A DNA stretch of 64,000 bases from Trichosphaerium sp. ATCC 40318 (lineage: Eukaryota; Protista; Tubulinea): assembly GCA_038496445.1 (NCBI GenBank), contig JALMLS010000577.1, positions 310,001 to 374,000 on the forward strand, in the 5' to 3' direction. Below are positions 50,147 to 60,948 of this stretch, one piece after another (within the stretch, counting starts at the first letter, position 1; each line of letters opens with the position of its first letter). The notes beneath the pieces were generated by a model. That model was not told the DNA's origin. It saw only the letters and a list, made by a program, of their open reading frames with translations, and did no database searches. The position numbers and the translations under genes were made by a program.

Positions 50147-52121
50147 GTGAAAAGTATAAAATGTCCCAATTCTAGGTAAAATGTCCCCACTTTTCAATTT
50201 TTAAAATGCCTCGCAGAAGTGCCGCAAAGGCTAAAAACATGGCAGAGGCCACAAAGGAAGTACTTTATAAACTAAAGAAGCGTAAACCTTCACAAACACT
50301 CTCAATTCGTCAAATTTGCATCACAGTGGCTAAAAAACACTGTGTTAAATCAGAATCACTACGAAAGCGTGTTCAGAGGGCATTTGCAAAGGAGAATTCG
50401 GAGAATTTCAAATCTCATGGCAACCAACTTTTTACGGATTTTGAAGAAGAAATGTTGGTTGGCTACTGTTTGAGTTTTAGCGGGCGTCATATGCCTCTAT
50501 CACGTGCAGCCTTGATATCTATGGCACAAAGTCTGTACAAGAAGAAGAAGTTGACCAGTATGGAAGCTTGGTGTGATGGCTTCACTGAAAGACACAATAT
50601 TGAACTCAAAGCCACTGTTTCGAAGACAATTCGCCGCTGCCGTGTATCTCCTGTCACTCTGCCACGTGTAGAAGCTTGGTGTGATGGTTTTGAGCGATTC
50701 TCAGAGATGTATTATATGAACCCAGATTTGATGTTCAATTGTGACGAAAAGTTGATAACAGCATCAAGTGACAAGTATCAACACATTACCTTTCAAGATA
50801 GAACGATGAAAATTGCTGGGCGGCTGAACAATAACACAAGCAGCCCTCTCACGTTGATTCCGTTTGTTTCAGCCTCTGGACGCGTACTGGTGTCAATTTA
50901 TATAATGGCAGCAAAAAACAAAGGTGATGAACAAAAAGTGCATCAAATGACAGTACCCAGACCAACAAATACCCGCTCTTCATGGCCTAGATACTATATA
51001 TTTCATGGTAAAGGGTATGTGACCAACGAAATTTGGCCAAAAATTCTTGATGTGTTCTTAAAGCACTTGAAAATTTTTCAAGGGGACAGGGTTGCATTTT
51101 TATTCCTTGATAGATTGGCCAGCCACATTAAAACAGAATCGTTACAAAAATGCCTTGAACAGCATGTACACACTATCACATGGGTGCCTCATACCTCACA
51201 TTTCAGGCAACCCTTAGATGACAAGCCATTTGCTACCCTAGCTCAGGCATATAAATTAAACAGGAAAATTACAATTGAAAGTGGCACAGAGATCAAACAT
51301 AAAACACAACGTTATGACATAATGGCTGTTGCAGCTGCAGAGACCAAAGCACTGTCTCCCAAAATCTTAAAATCGGCATGGAAGTCCGTGGGCATTGTAC
51401 CCTACAACAGAAAGTTGATCTTAAATCATGCTTCAAAAAATGTAGGGGTCCAACCTAAACAATCACCTTCCTTCATCACTGATACTGCTAGAAAAGCCAA
51501 AAACGCTATGGATGAGCTATACAGCCACAGCAATCAAGTAAATGCCCTAACAATCGGTCCAATGACAGTACCAAAAGGGGATGCTTATATTGCTACCCAA
51601 ATGGTTGAATTAGCAAAAAAAAAAAAGATAGATAAAGAACAAGAAATTAAACACAAGGCAGAGCTAAGGCAACTCAAGAGAGATGCTAAACAAAAAAAAA
51701 TTGAGGAGGAGAATGTTTGTAGAGAGGAGACAAGACAGAAAAAAGAAAAAAAAAAACAGGAAAAAAAACTTGCCGCTGCTAAGAAGAAGTACAAAAATGA
51801 ATGTGAGACCTGTCAGATATGTGGCGAGCGCTTATGGAGGGGAGGATCTACGTGGGTGTGGTGTGAAGTCTGTGATCAGTATGGGTCATGCCCATGCTGC
51901 TTAAAAGAATTTGATGGAAAAAAAATGGTTGAAATGCACGAAGAAGAATGTACAGGAGGGCGATCTTTTGGTAACTGGTACTCAACGCAAATGGACACAT
52001 CATATTAAAATCAGAATAAAAAAGTATTTTTTTTAAGAGCGTAGCATCAATTTTTTGTTCAAAAAAAGTGTTGAAAAGTGGGGACATTTTACCTGTGGTT
52101 GGGACATTTTATACTTTTCAC
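50147..52121 (+). mobile_element. pogo-superfamily (Fot/Passer-like, DD35D) DNA transposon, apparently complete
   Basis: ~50-bp TIRs GTGAAAAGTATAAAATGTCCCAA..AGGTAAAATGTCCCCACTTTTCAA at both ends, TA on both sides (50145-6, 52122-3), single transposase ORF. Confidence 0.9.
50206..52008 (+). CDS. DDE_1 (pogo/CENP-B-like) transposase with C-terminal Cys-rich finger
   Basis: HTH region, FNCDE, LFLDRLASH, QPLD with 35 residues between the 2nd and 3rd D, lysine-rich coil, then CxxCxxC...CxxC...CxCC. Confidence 0.9.
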   Translation: MPRRSAAKAKNMAEATKEVLYKLKKRKPSQTLSIRQICITVAKKHCVKSESLRKRVQRAFAKENSENFKSHGNQLFTDFEEEMLVGYCLSFSGRHMPLSRAALISMAQSLYKKKKLTSMEAWCDGFTERHNIELKATVSKTIRRCRVSPVTLPRVEAWCDGFERFSEMYYMNPDLMFNCDEKLITASSDKYQHITFQDRTMKIAGRLNNNTSSPLTLIPFVSASGRVLVSIYIMAAKNKGDEQKVHQMTVPRPTNTRSSWPRYYIFHGKGYVTNEIWPKILDVFLKHLKIFQGDRVAFLFLDRLASHIKTESLQKCLEQHVHTITWVPHTSHFRQPLDDKPFATLAQAYKLNRKITIESGTEIKHKTQRYDIMAVAAAETKALSPKILKSAWKSVGIVPYNRKLILNHASKNVGVQPKQSPSFITDTARKAKNAMDELYSHSNQVNALTIGPMTVPKGDAYIATQMVELAKKKKIDKEQEIKHKAELRQLKRDAKQKKIEEENVCREETRQKKEKKKQEKKLAAAKKKYKNECETCQICGERLWRGGSTWVWCEVCDQYGSCPCCLKEFDGKKMVEMHEEECTGGRSFGNWYSTQMDTSY

Positions 52122-52207
52122 TAATTGTAGTATTTCCGCGGTTGTTACACCTTCCGTGTCCCGTTTGATAATATCCACCTCTATAACGTCTATAATACTA
52201 TAAAAGA

Positions 52208-53068
52208 ATGGGCGAGTATGTAATCGTACGTTTTGACACTCTTTTGAGTCGTACACTGTCTTTTTTCGTTTTCTCATTTACTCTTCGATTTAAACAGTCA
52301 AACGCATGCGCCCGAGTGACTCCTACGCTTGAGTATCTTCCTCCTGAAATACAACTTGATATTATGGATATTTCTGTGGAGGCTTATATTAAATGGCCTT
52401 TACTTTGTAAACGTACAGCGATGAGTACAAGATTTGATCGTTTCCTTAAAAAACATGGAAAATGGAAAAGCTTCAAAAACGATTGTTTAGTTGAACAATG
52501 CTACTGGATTAATGGTCGTGCTGATGGTCCTTATATTAACTGGTATGATGATGGTGTTCTTTTTATAAAATGCCACCATGTCGATGATAAACTCGAAGGT
52601 GATTACAAGCAATGGTATCACAATGGAAAACTGGAAATTTTATGTGAATATAAAAAAGGTAAAAGAGAAGGTGTTTATAAAGAGTTCTACTCAACAGGTG
52701 AGATATTCAGAGAGTGTATTTATATAAAAGGTATTAAGCAAGGAATGGAGAAAAAGTGGTATTTTGATGGTAATATTGATACTGTAAGTCATTATAAAGA
52801 TGATAAAAGACATGGTGAGTATCAGACTTGGTTTGGTGGTAAAATCGTTTTAAAGTGTTTTTATGTTAATGGTAAGAGAGAAGGATTGTTTCGTAGGTTT
52901 GATAATAGTGGTACTATAAGAGAAGAGTGTTGTTATATAAATGATTTGGCTGAAGGTGAACATAAAACGTGGTATGGGAATGGACAGTTAAGTACAATTT
53001 CTTTTTACAATAAGAATTGTCAACAAGGAGAGGTTAAGAAGTGGCTACCTAACGGAGATTTATGCTAA
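52208..53068 (+). CDS. F-box-like + MORN-variant repeat protein
   Basis: LEYLPPEIQLDI..WPLLC..KHGKW shared with 7064..7975; WYxNG/GKREG repeats. A short in-frame intron near the start is possible. Confidence 0.75.
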   Translation: MGEYVIVRFDTLLSRTLSFFVFSFTLRFKQSNACARVTPTLEYLPPEIQLDIMDISVEAYIKWPLLCKRTAMSTRFDRFLKKHGKWKSFKNDCLVEQCYWINGRADGPYINWYDDGVLFIKCHHVDDKLEGDYKQWYHNGKLEILCEYKKGKREGVYKEFYSTGEIFRECIYIKGIKQGMEKKWYFDGNIDTVSHYKDDKRHGEYQTWFGGKIVLKCFYVNGKREGLFRRFDNSGTIREECCYINDLAEGEHKTWYGNGQLSTISFYNKNCQQGEVKKWLPNGDLC

Positions 53069-54256
53069 GGTTTGTCAGTGGTTTAATTTTGTTAAGCGAA
53101 GAAGGAGAGGGCGGTATTCACTCATTATCTAGTCTATCAGCCTGTTACTGTCTTGTACAATAACAAAACCGGGAAAAAAAGCCACGATCGGGTTAACGTT
53201 TTTTGTTTGAGTTTCTAACTAGTTTGGTCTCTGCAACATTCAAGCATAAAAGTGACATTGAAAACTTTAGTAAATAAAATGTACAATAACAATAAAAGAC
53301 CATTGACTATTAGATATAAGAGCAACGTTCAAACCCGTGCAAAATAATCAGTAGTTTTTTGCACCAAAACTTCCGGTTTTTTTCACGTTATATAAAAGCC
53401 AACATTTGATCATCCGCAGTCGTAGAGTGAGACTATCAACCTTATAGCGTGCGTACAAGTCTATATTTCCACTGATATATAGTAGCAGTCTTGAAGTTCA
53501 TGAGATCAAAACGTATTAAATCAGTAAAACAGCAGCATGTTCATGTATATTCGAGCATTGAAAAATATCTCTTTGTTTTAGTGAATCCCACTTTTGGTTG
53601 TATTTCTTCGGAGGTTATTGGGCTGATGTAATTTGATAATATATTCAGAATATGTCGTACAAGTGAATAGTGACATAATATTACGGTTGTACAATACAAC
53701 GCAATGCTTTAGCTAAAAGTTCTCAGGTGTTGCTCAGCGGAAGTTCTTTACGAAACCTTCGTTTGTGTAGCTGTATTCAAGCAGCGAGACAAGGTATGTG
53801 GAAATAAATCGGTACACAGCGAGATTGGTTTGAAGACATGAAGAACCCAAATCTGCTGTAGAGTGCACAAGTACGAGATTGTAAAACTCCAGTTGGGTTT
53901 TCTTCCATTCTTGCTCTATAGTACTCAACAACTTCGTGTGATCAGTTAGCGCTGAACTGGCGACTACATAAGGCGAGGTATCACTGTACCAATGGAATTA
54001 CAGTACTGAGTATCGAATGGCCGCAAGTATCGGCCATATTTTGGTTATTTTTGGTTTTTTTAGACTGGCTTTTTATTTTATGCGTCACGTTTTTGATCAC
54101 GTGATATATTCGTTATTTTCACCTGTAGATAGTGTTACGCACGTGGAAAAACCAGAAGCGGGATATCTAATCCCGATAGGAAGAAATTGCTAGCGCTAGT
54201 GTTCACATGAAACTTGTCCATATTTTTTAGCTCAGAAAACATTCAGCACACAAACA

Positions 54257-56005
54257 ATGCATCATTTGTCACTGGTACTATCCCTTCTCGCTCTTGTAGC
54301 ACTTTGTGCAGTACGTATCTTAGTTTAAAGCGAGAAAACAGTTAAAAACTAGTATAACAAAGTGCTTACTCTTCTTTAGGGTCAAACAAACGACCCTTGC
54401 GTCAACGCTTGTTTACCAGACTTTGGTGCTTGTACAGCTAGCCCTGTAAGATGTAGAATTATTCTCATCACGTGTATCACAGCTTGTAATGACGACCCAA
54501 CTGACATGCCGACCGATATGCCAACCGACATGCCTACGGATAACCCAACCGATATGCCTACCGACATGCCTACAGACAACCCAACTGACATGCCTACCGA
54601 TATGCCTACAGACAACCCAACTCTCGCGTGTTTGGGTGAATGCCGTGAACGAGTCCAGGCATGTTTACAAGATGCGTCCACCACTGACGAAAGAAGACAA
54701 TGTGTCGATGATTACAGGCAATGCCAAACCGATTGTAACCCAACATCAACTCCACGGCCAACTGAAGAACCTACTTGCAGAGATATGTGCATTCAAGCGT
54801 TCAGAGAGTGTAGCGAAAGCAGAGACAACGGACAGGATTGCCGAGAAGTATTGCGAATGTGTTTAACTGATGAATGCGATATTGATCTTCCAACAAACCG
54901 ACCAACAGACGAGCCACCTTGTGGACAACCATGTATCGAAGAATTCAGAGCTTGTAACGAAAACGATGGAGATGCTGAAGAATGCCGCCAAGCTTTAAGA
55001 GAGTGTCTACAACGCGAGTGCAATCTCCCAACAGACATGCCGACTGATATGCCTACAGATGACCCAACAGATATGCCTACGGACGAACCAACAGACGAGC
55101 CAACAGAGAACCCAATAGCTGGATGCTTCAGGGAGTGCCGCACTATATTCCAAATGTGTATGGATGACGCAACCACTGGCGCTGAAAGGATAGCATGTTC
55201 ACAATCCTTCAGAGAATGCCAACAGGATTGTAACCCAACATCAACTCCACGACCAACAGAAGAGCCTTCTTGTAGAGAAATGTGTATGGAAGTGTTCAGA
55301 GAGTGTAACGAAAACGATGGAGACATTCAAGAGTGTCGTGACGCTCTAAGAGAATGTCTTGTAGAAGAATGCGATATCGATATTCCTACACCACGACCAA
55401 CTGAAGAGCCTACTTGCAGAGAAATGTGTATTCAAACATTCAGGGAGTGTACTGAAGACGGCAATGGACAAGACTGCGGAGAAGTATTAAGAATGTGTCT
55501 TGCTGACGAATGCGATATAACCCTTCCAACAAGACCTACAAATTGTAGACAAATGTGCTTCGCTTCACACAGAGAATGCAGATTAAACGGAGGAGACGCT
55601 GAAGAATGCAATCTAGCTCTGAGAGAATGTCTCACAGAAGAATGTGATATCGATCTTCCAACAGACAGACCAACAGACTTACCTACAGACATGCCTACGG
55701 ACTTGCCTACTGATATGCCAACAGATCCTGTAGACACGTCAGATGGTCAAGTAGTTGATTGTTTACAAGACTGTAATGCAGACTACAGGGAATGCGCTGA
55801 TTCGGACGATATCCCTGTGTCTGAATGTAGAGAAGAAAGACGTAATTGTCGCGCAAGCTGCACTGATAGACCTACAGGAACACCTCGACCAACAAACCCA
55901 CCATCTTGCAGAAGACTGTGTGTTGATGCCTTCAGGGAATGCATGTCCAATGGAGTAGCAAGTCAATGTGTTCCAGCGCTCAGAGCATGTAATGACGAGT
56001 GTTAG
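54257..56005 (+). CDS. Secreted protein of tandem 6-Cys modules separated by PTDM/PTxxP linkers (2 exons)
   Basis: Signal peptide exon MHHLSLVLSLLALVALCA, intron ~54311-54379, then ~10 modules C-x3-C-x6-C-x(5-11)-C-x6-C-x3/4-C. Confidence 0.8.
54494..54621 (+). repeat. 12-bp tandem repeat (PTDM/PTDN) within CDS; recurs at ~55028-55112 and ~55658-55728
   Basis: CCAACTGACATG-like units. Confidence 0.85.
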
Positions 56006-56279
56006 ATAGTTGTACTAGCAAAAATAAACCATCTACAGTCGTAAAAACGACAGTTGTTTTTTGTCAGTTTATTTTCCAACGCGAAGTTGACTGTATTTTA
56101 CAGGTACAGTCGAGTGGCTATAACTTTCCGACAAAACTTTTCCTTTCGTGACAGTTATTATGAGCTCTTATGGGACGTTTTTTGTAAACTCAGAGGTAGA
56201 CCTGAGCACTAACATCTTAATTTGTAACTAGCTTAACCGGTGTAATTTTTTTATTCCCAAGAACACTACGAAAACGGAC

Positions 56280-58493
56280 ATGAAGGGTCTTATTATATTG
56301 CTCGTAACATTATCTCTTGCTTTGCCAGCGTTGCTGGTTAATCCAGGGATAAAAATGAGTCTAACTCAAAAAGGTGACTACCACGTGTTTTAACTACATC
56401 TAACCACGTGATTCTTAGGGTTAACATACGCAAAAGATGTTGGTATTGTAGTATTGAAGGAAAAAGTATCTACAATCACAGTAGCTGACATTAGGTACGC
56501 GAACAAAGCGAAAACAAAGCACTCAAAGAATATTCTGCTTAGTTTTCGCATTTTCTGTTTTTGACATTTTGAAGCTCTTTTCTAACCGTCTTTTGAAGCG
56601 GATCTACCCATGCACCTGTTATCGGTACTATAGACTATACTCTGAGTGATGTACGTCCGCTTTTAACCAACTGCTGTTTTGAAAAACGAACAAAACTGAA
56701 ACAAACTCTAGGTTGTCATTAAAGATTTAACGTTCCCTACAACTGCCGCCAAGATTGTTCCAAATTCTGCTATTGAAGTTGAAGTGCACGTGGAAAATAA
56801 ACCGTATTTCTCAAAGTCTGAAAATATATTAGATCAGGCGCTGGTGCTTCTATTACTCTCAACTGGAGTTACCGCGAACATAGCTGGCCTCATATCAAAG
56901 GACATGGTAAGTTCTATGTCTTTAAAAACACCTTTTAATCCCTTTGTATAGGCTCTGCTGATATAACAGTCAGTGGTACATCTATTAGCGTTGTTACAAA
57001 AGTATCAGAGACCGGTGGAAAAGCGATTGTATGCCAACGAACAAAGTAACGAGTTTACTAATGGTTTGTCTCCGTTTAGGTTTCTAGCTTTACTTCTAGT
57101 GTATCAATTGGTGATTTAAAAATAACTGTACACGGTGGACCAAGGTACTAACAAATTGAGAAATCACACGTGATTTGTACAACGTGATTCTTACTGTTCC
57201 TAGTTGGTTGTATGACCTATTTATCAATCTCTTCAAGTCAAAAATTAAAGACGCAGCTGAGAAAGCGATTGAGTCTGCGATTGATAAGCAAAAGCCTCTA
57301 TTAGATGGAGTCTTCGCTAAAATACCTAACTCAGTTGAAATAGGTACGTTCGAAATCACGTGACATGGGTGACAAGAACTTATTTGTTTTTTAAGCCAAC
57401 GAAGCCGAGCTGGACTTTGCTTTGACTGCTGCTCCAATAATAGGAGCAAGCTCTCTTACTCTTCCTCTAAGCGCTCAATGGATTGCTTTGATACCTAAAA
57501 AAGCCAGTGCACCTGTTGTAGCTTCTGCTGTACCTACCTTGGGAACAACTAAAATGTTAGAGGTACCATTATTTTGTGTACATGATGAACAGTCGATATT
57601 CACTTTTCTTAGATTGCTGCTGCTCCATCTGTAATCGATGGCGCAAGCTGGACGTTTTGGTATGAAGGAAAGATGGCATACACCATCACTCCTTCCCGTA
57701 AGTGATTTCCAGAAAATCCAAAAAAAATCCAGAAAATAATCCGATTAAAACTAACTATCTTCTACTAACAGAGGTTCCTCCTTCTTCTCCAATTAAACTA
57801 AACACAACCAACTTCCGCGGATATGTTCCTTTGCTTTACCAGAAGTACCCAAACAAGGGAATAGATGTAAGTCCTTTTTTATCAGAATACTCGTGCTTAT
57901 TGTTATTATCTAGGTTAAAATTACAGCTGATGCTGCTCCAGTAGCTACTGTAAATGCATCGGGAATTGAGGTGAAGGGTACACTTGACCTTGAAGTGTAC
58001 GGAAAATAATAGAAGGAACGGTTTTTGATGTTTTCATAGATTAGTTGAAGTCGACTCCAAATCTGTCCCAGCTTTTACTCTAAGCGTAGCAATTGTCGCT
58101 ACAGCAACCGTACGCATGCTTTTTACAATTAGTAAGTTATAATTTTTCGCTCACGTGGGTTTTTTACAGGCAAAATTGAGTGACACGAATGTTTATTTGA
58201 ACATGACTTACTTCAGCAGTTCTACTACTTTGAAGAAGTCTTACATCGGTACATTTGACCCAACAACACTCGAGACTGTTATCAAATTTCTAATGAATGG
58301 TGTACTATTCCCTTACGCAAACAGTTACGCCAACAAAGGATTTACTCTTCCTGTAATTAAAGGTACAGTTTCTTTCTCTGCTTTTTTCCTTCCATCTCAT
58401 TTTGTTATTCTAGGCGCAACACTTGTGGCACCTGTAATTGGATATGGACCTGGATACATATACGTAAGCTCAGATGTTCATTACACACCGTAA
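56280..58493 (+). CDS. BPI/LBP (TULIP) family lipid-binding protein, multi-exon
   Basis: Signal peptide, NPGIKMSLTQKGLTYA, WSYREHSWPHIKGHGSAD, LKITVHGGPSWLYDLFINLF, LFPYANSYANKGFTLP. Confidence 0.85.
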
Positions 58494-58671
58494 TACTGAA
58501 GATTCATTTCGAAATAAACTTCGCTCTTTATCGTGTTGCGTTATTTTACGAAACTTCGGAAAAAGGCAGGAACTGTTTACGGACATATAATTCCATTCAC
58601 TTTTAGTGAAGGAACTCAGTTTGCATGCTTTTGTGACCGGTAAGATGTGTTAGGTGTTATAATCATGCATT

Positions 58672-58743
58672 GAGCTTATGGTCTAATGGCATGACGACTG
58701 TATGGCATACAGTAGGGTGGGGGTTCGATTCCCTCTAGGCTCA
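58672..58743 (+). tRNA. tRNA gene with GGC anticodon (nominally Ala) and atypical acceptor stem
   Basis: Full cloverleaf: acceptor GAGCTTA/TAGGCTC, D arm GTC..GAC, anticodon arm ACTGT-ATGGCAT-ACAGT, T arm GGGGG-TTCGATT-CCCTC, A73. Pol III A/B boxes; TTTT at ~58753. Confidence 0.75.
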
Positions 58744-58922
58744 GACATATGGTTTTACTATTAAATGCTACTATTCAGTGAAATAACACCACGGCGAAAG
58801 CGATGGCGTGAGCTTTCTTTTTGTAATACTAGGCACTTTTACGGACATAGTAGGCCTATTTCCTATTCACACGCACACTGTAAGTTCAACAATAAAAATA
58901 AACGGAAATTTATTCTTTGTTC

Positions 58923-60825
58923 TCAATTGCAAATACTTGTCGTTGTACTGAACTCGGTGAATCCATACGAGCGACCTGGTATAGTCCATGTACCACTGGA
59001 TACTATTTGTGGCATTAAAGGGGGTAATGTGTTTTGAGCTGTAAGCACAAGAGTCTTTCCATTTAGCATCATAGTTGTGGAGCCAAGAGAAGTGGCTGTT
59101 AAGAAATACTCCCTCCGAGGAGATGACTCAACACCAGTAACATCAATAGCTATATTTGAGGCACTCGGGTTTGCATACATCACAACTATGTACCCTTTAG
59201 ACTTACCACAAGCAGCATAAGCAAGAAATCCTGAGGTCTCATCTAAATAGTTTCAGGTCAGAGAACGATACAATGAAATCACGTGAGCGTTTTAGTTTAC
59301 CTGTCTTTACATTTAGTATCTTTGATCCCATTAGGCGTTTATACAGAACAGCAGTAAAGTAGTCAGGAGCAACTAGGAAACGCTAAGAAGAAAGAATAAA
59401 TAGCACCAGATACGCTAACATACCAGTATAAGGATGAGCGTTAATATCAATGATACCGAAATTACCACCAATCAAAGACCATCTTGAGTGATCCGTAACT
59501 CCTGTTACAGCGTACTGACCTAATGAAGCAATGTACCAAAACCCATTCTCAAATGAATTTATCACCTAACATAGAAGCTTAATCCTTGTTAGCAAAGAAA
59601 ACCCCAATTATAGAGAACAAGTACAACCATCAAACAGACATTTTTAGTCTGTTTTCACAAGAAAAACAACTTACACCGTTGGTTGCTGCATACGCTGAGT
59701 TTGTTTCTGTCAACAATAGCTTCATACCAGCAGGTTTACCTACAGAAAGATAAGAAGAATGAGGTTGTTAATCGTTCTCTCACCTATCTTGTTCCAAATG
59801 TCTATACAGTCCATACTATGTGCATGCAAGTCATTTTTAAGAAGACTATTGCGTAACCAATTAATATCAACCAACTGTTTTGATGATTGAGAGCCATTTC
59901 GTCCAGGATACGAATGATATGTAAATCCAGTAAGTTTACCCTTTGTTGCGTTCATAAACATAGCGACATCATTATTACATATATCAGTGCTTGGTCCATA
60001 CACAGGAGGCGTTTTTCCTTTGCCATTTTCATCAGGCCATATACTATGAACGATTTTTATGAGGGTCAAATGGTCAGCGATATTCGTTTCGATGTCAATG
60101 TGGTTTGATTCTCTTGTGAGTTCGTTACCAAGTTCAAATCCATAAATTGGTCCTATATCGTTTTCTTTTATATATTTTAAGAAGCTAATCAAGTTGTTTG
60201 TATCCCATTCTCCTACACATTTTGTAGTATTTTGGTAATGACAGTTCCTTCCATAAAGTTCGTTAAGGTCAAACAAAAATGACATTTCCGCCGATTTGGC
60301 AAACTCAACGAGCTGTTTGAATAGTGATATTGGTAGGCTCTTATCACTGTTAGGCCAAAACCCTTTAACATTATGATTTGCATTTGGTCTAAGAGAGCTT
60401 AACTTAAACAAATGGAGTGATTAGAAAAAAATATTTACCCTGTTTTATCCGTTTGGGTGAGATTGTAATAAACCCAATCTGCAGTTATACCACCCACTCG
60501 TAGTATGCCAGGACTCATTTGGCGCGTGAGATACCTAAAGTTCTCGTCTCCTAGTTTGTCTGCGTATTCGAGAAAAGAAAACATTTCCCATCTACCAAGA
60601 CAGTTAGTGCACTAATGATCGCAGGCAGCTGTCGCACCCAATACCAATGTACGAGCTAGTAGTATCAGCAACGATTGTACTAGTATCAATATGGATGGAA
60701 TCTCCACTGCATAGAGTAAAAACACTGCGTACAACTATTAATACAAACGCTAAAGAAAAACCGTTACGCACATGATTAAAGCTATAAAACACGTGAAAGA
60801 TGAATGTAACGTCATCTAAAATCAT
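58923..60825 (-). CDS. Glycoside hydrolase family 79 (heparanase/beta-glucuronidase-like), multi-exon
   Basis: SPGILRVGGITAD, GFELGNEL (acid/base), TYHSY, LLLTETNS (nucleophile), FENGFWY, PDYFTAVLYKRLMG. Start codon uncertain. Confidence 0.85.
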
Positions 60826-60948
60826 AATAATCGTTAGGGTTATGAAAAATTGAGGTGACACTTCTACGTACACAAGCAACAGAGCCAGCGTGTTAAAACT
60901 ATACCTTAATTAACTACAAGTTAAGTGAACAATCTATCGAGTAAAACA

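Noticed and set aside
54382-55737. Minus-strand ORFs with SVGM/SVGI repeats
   Set aside because: Antisense of the PTDM repeats.
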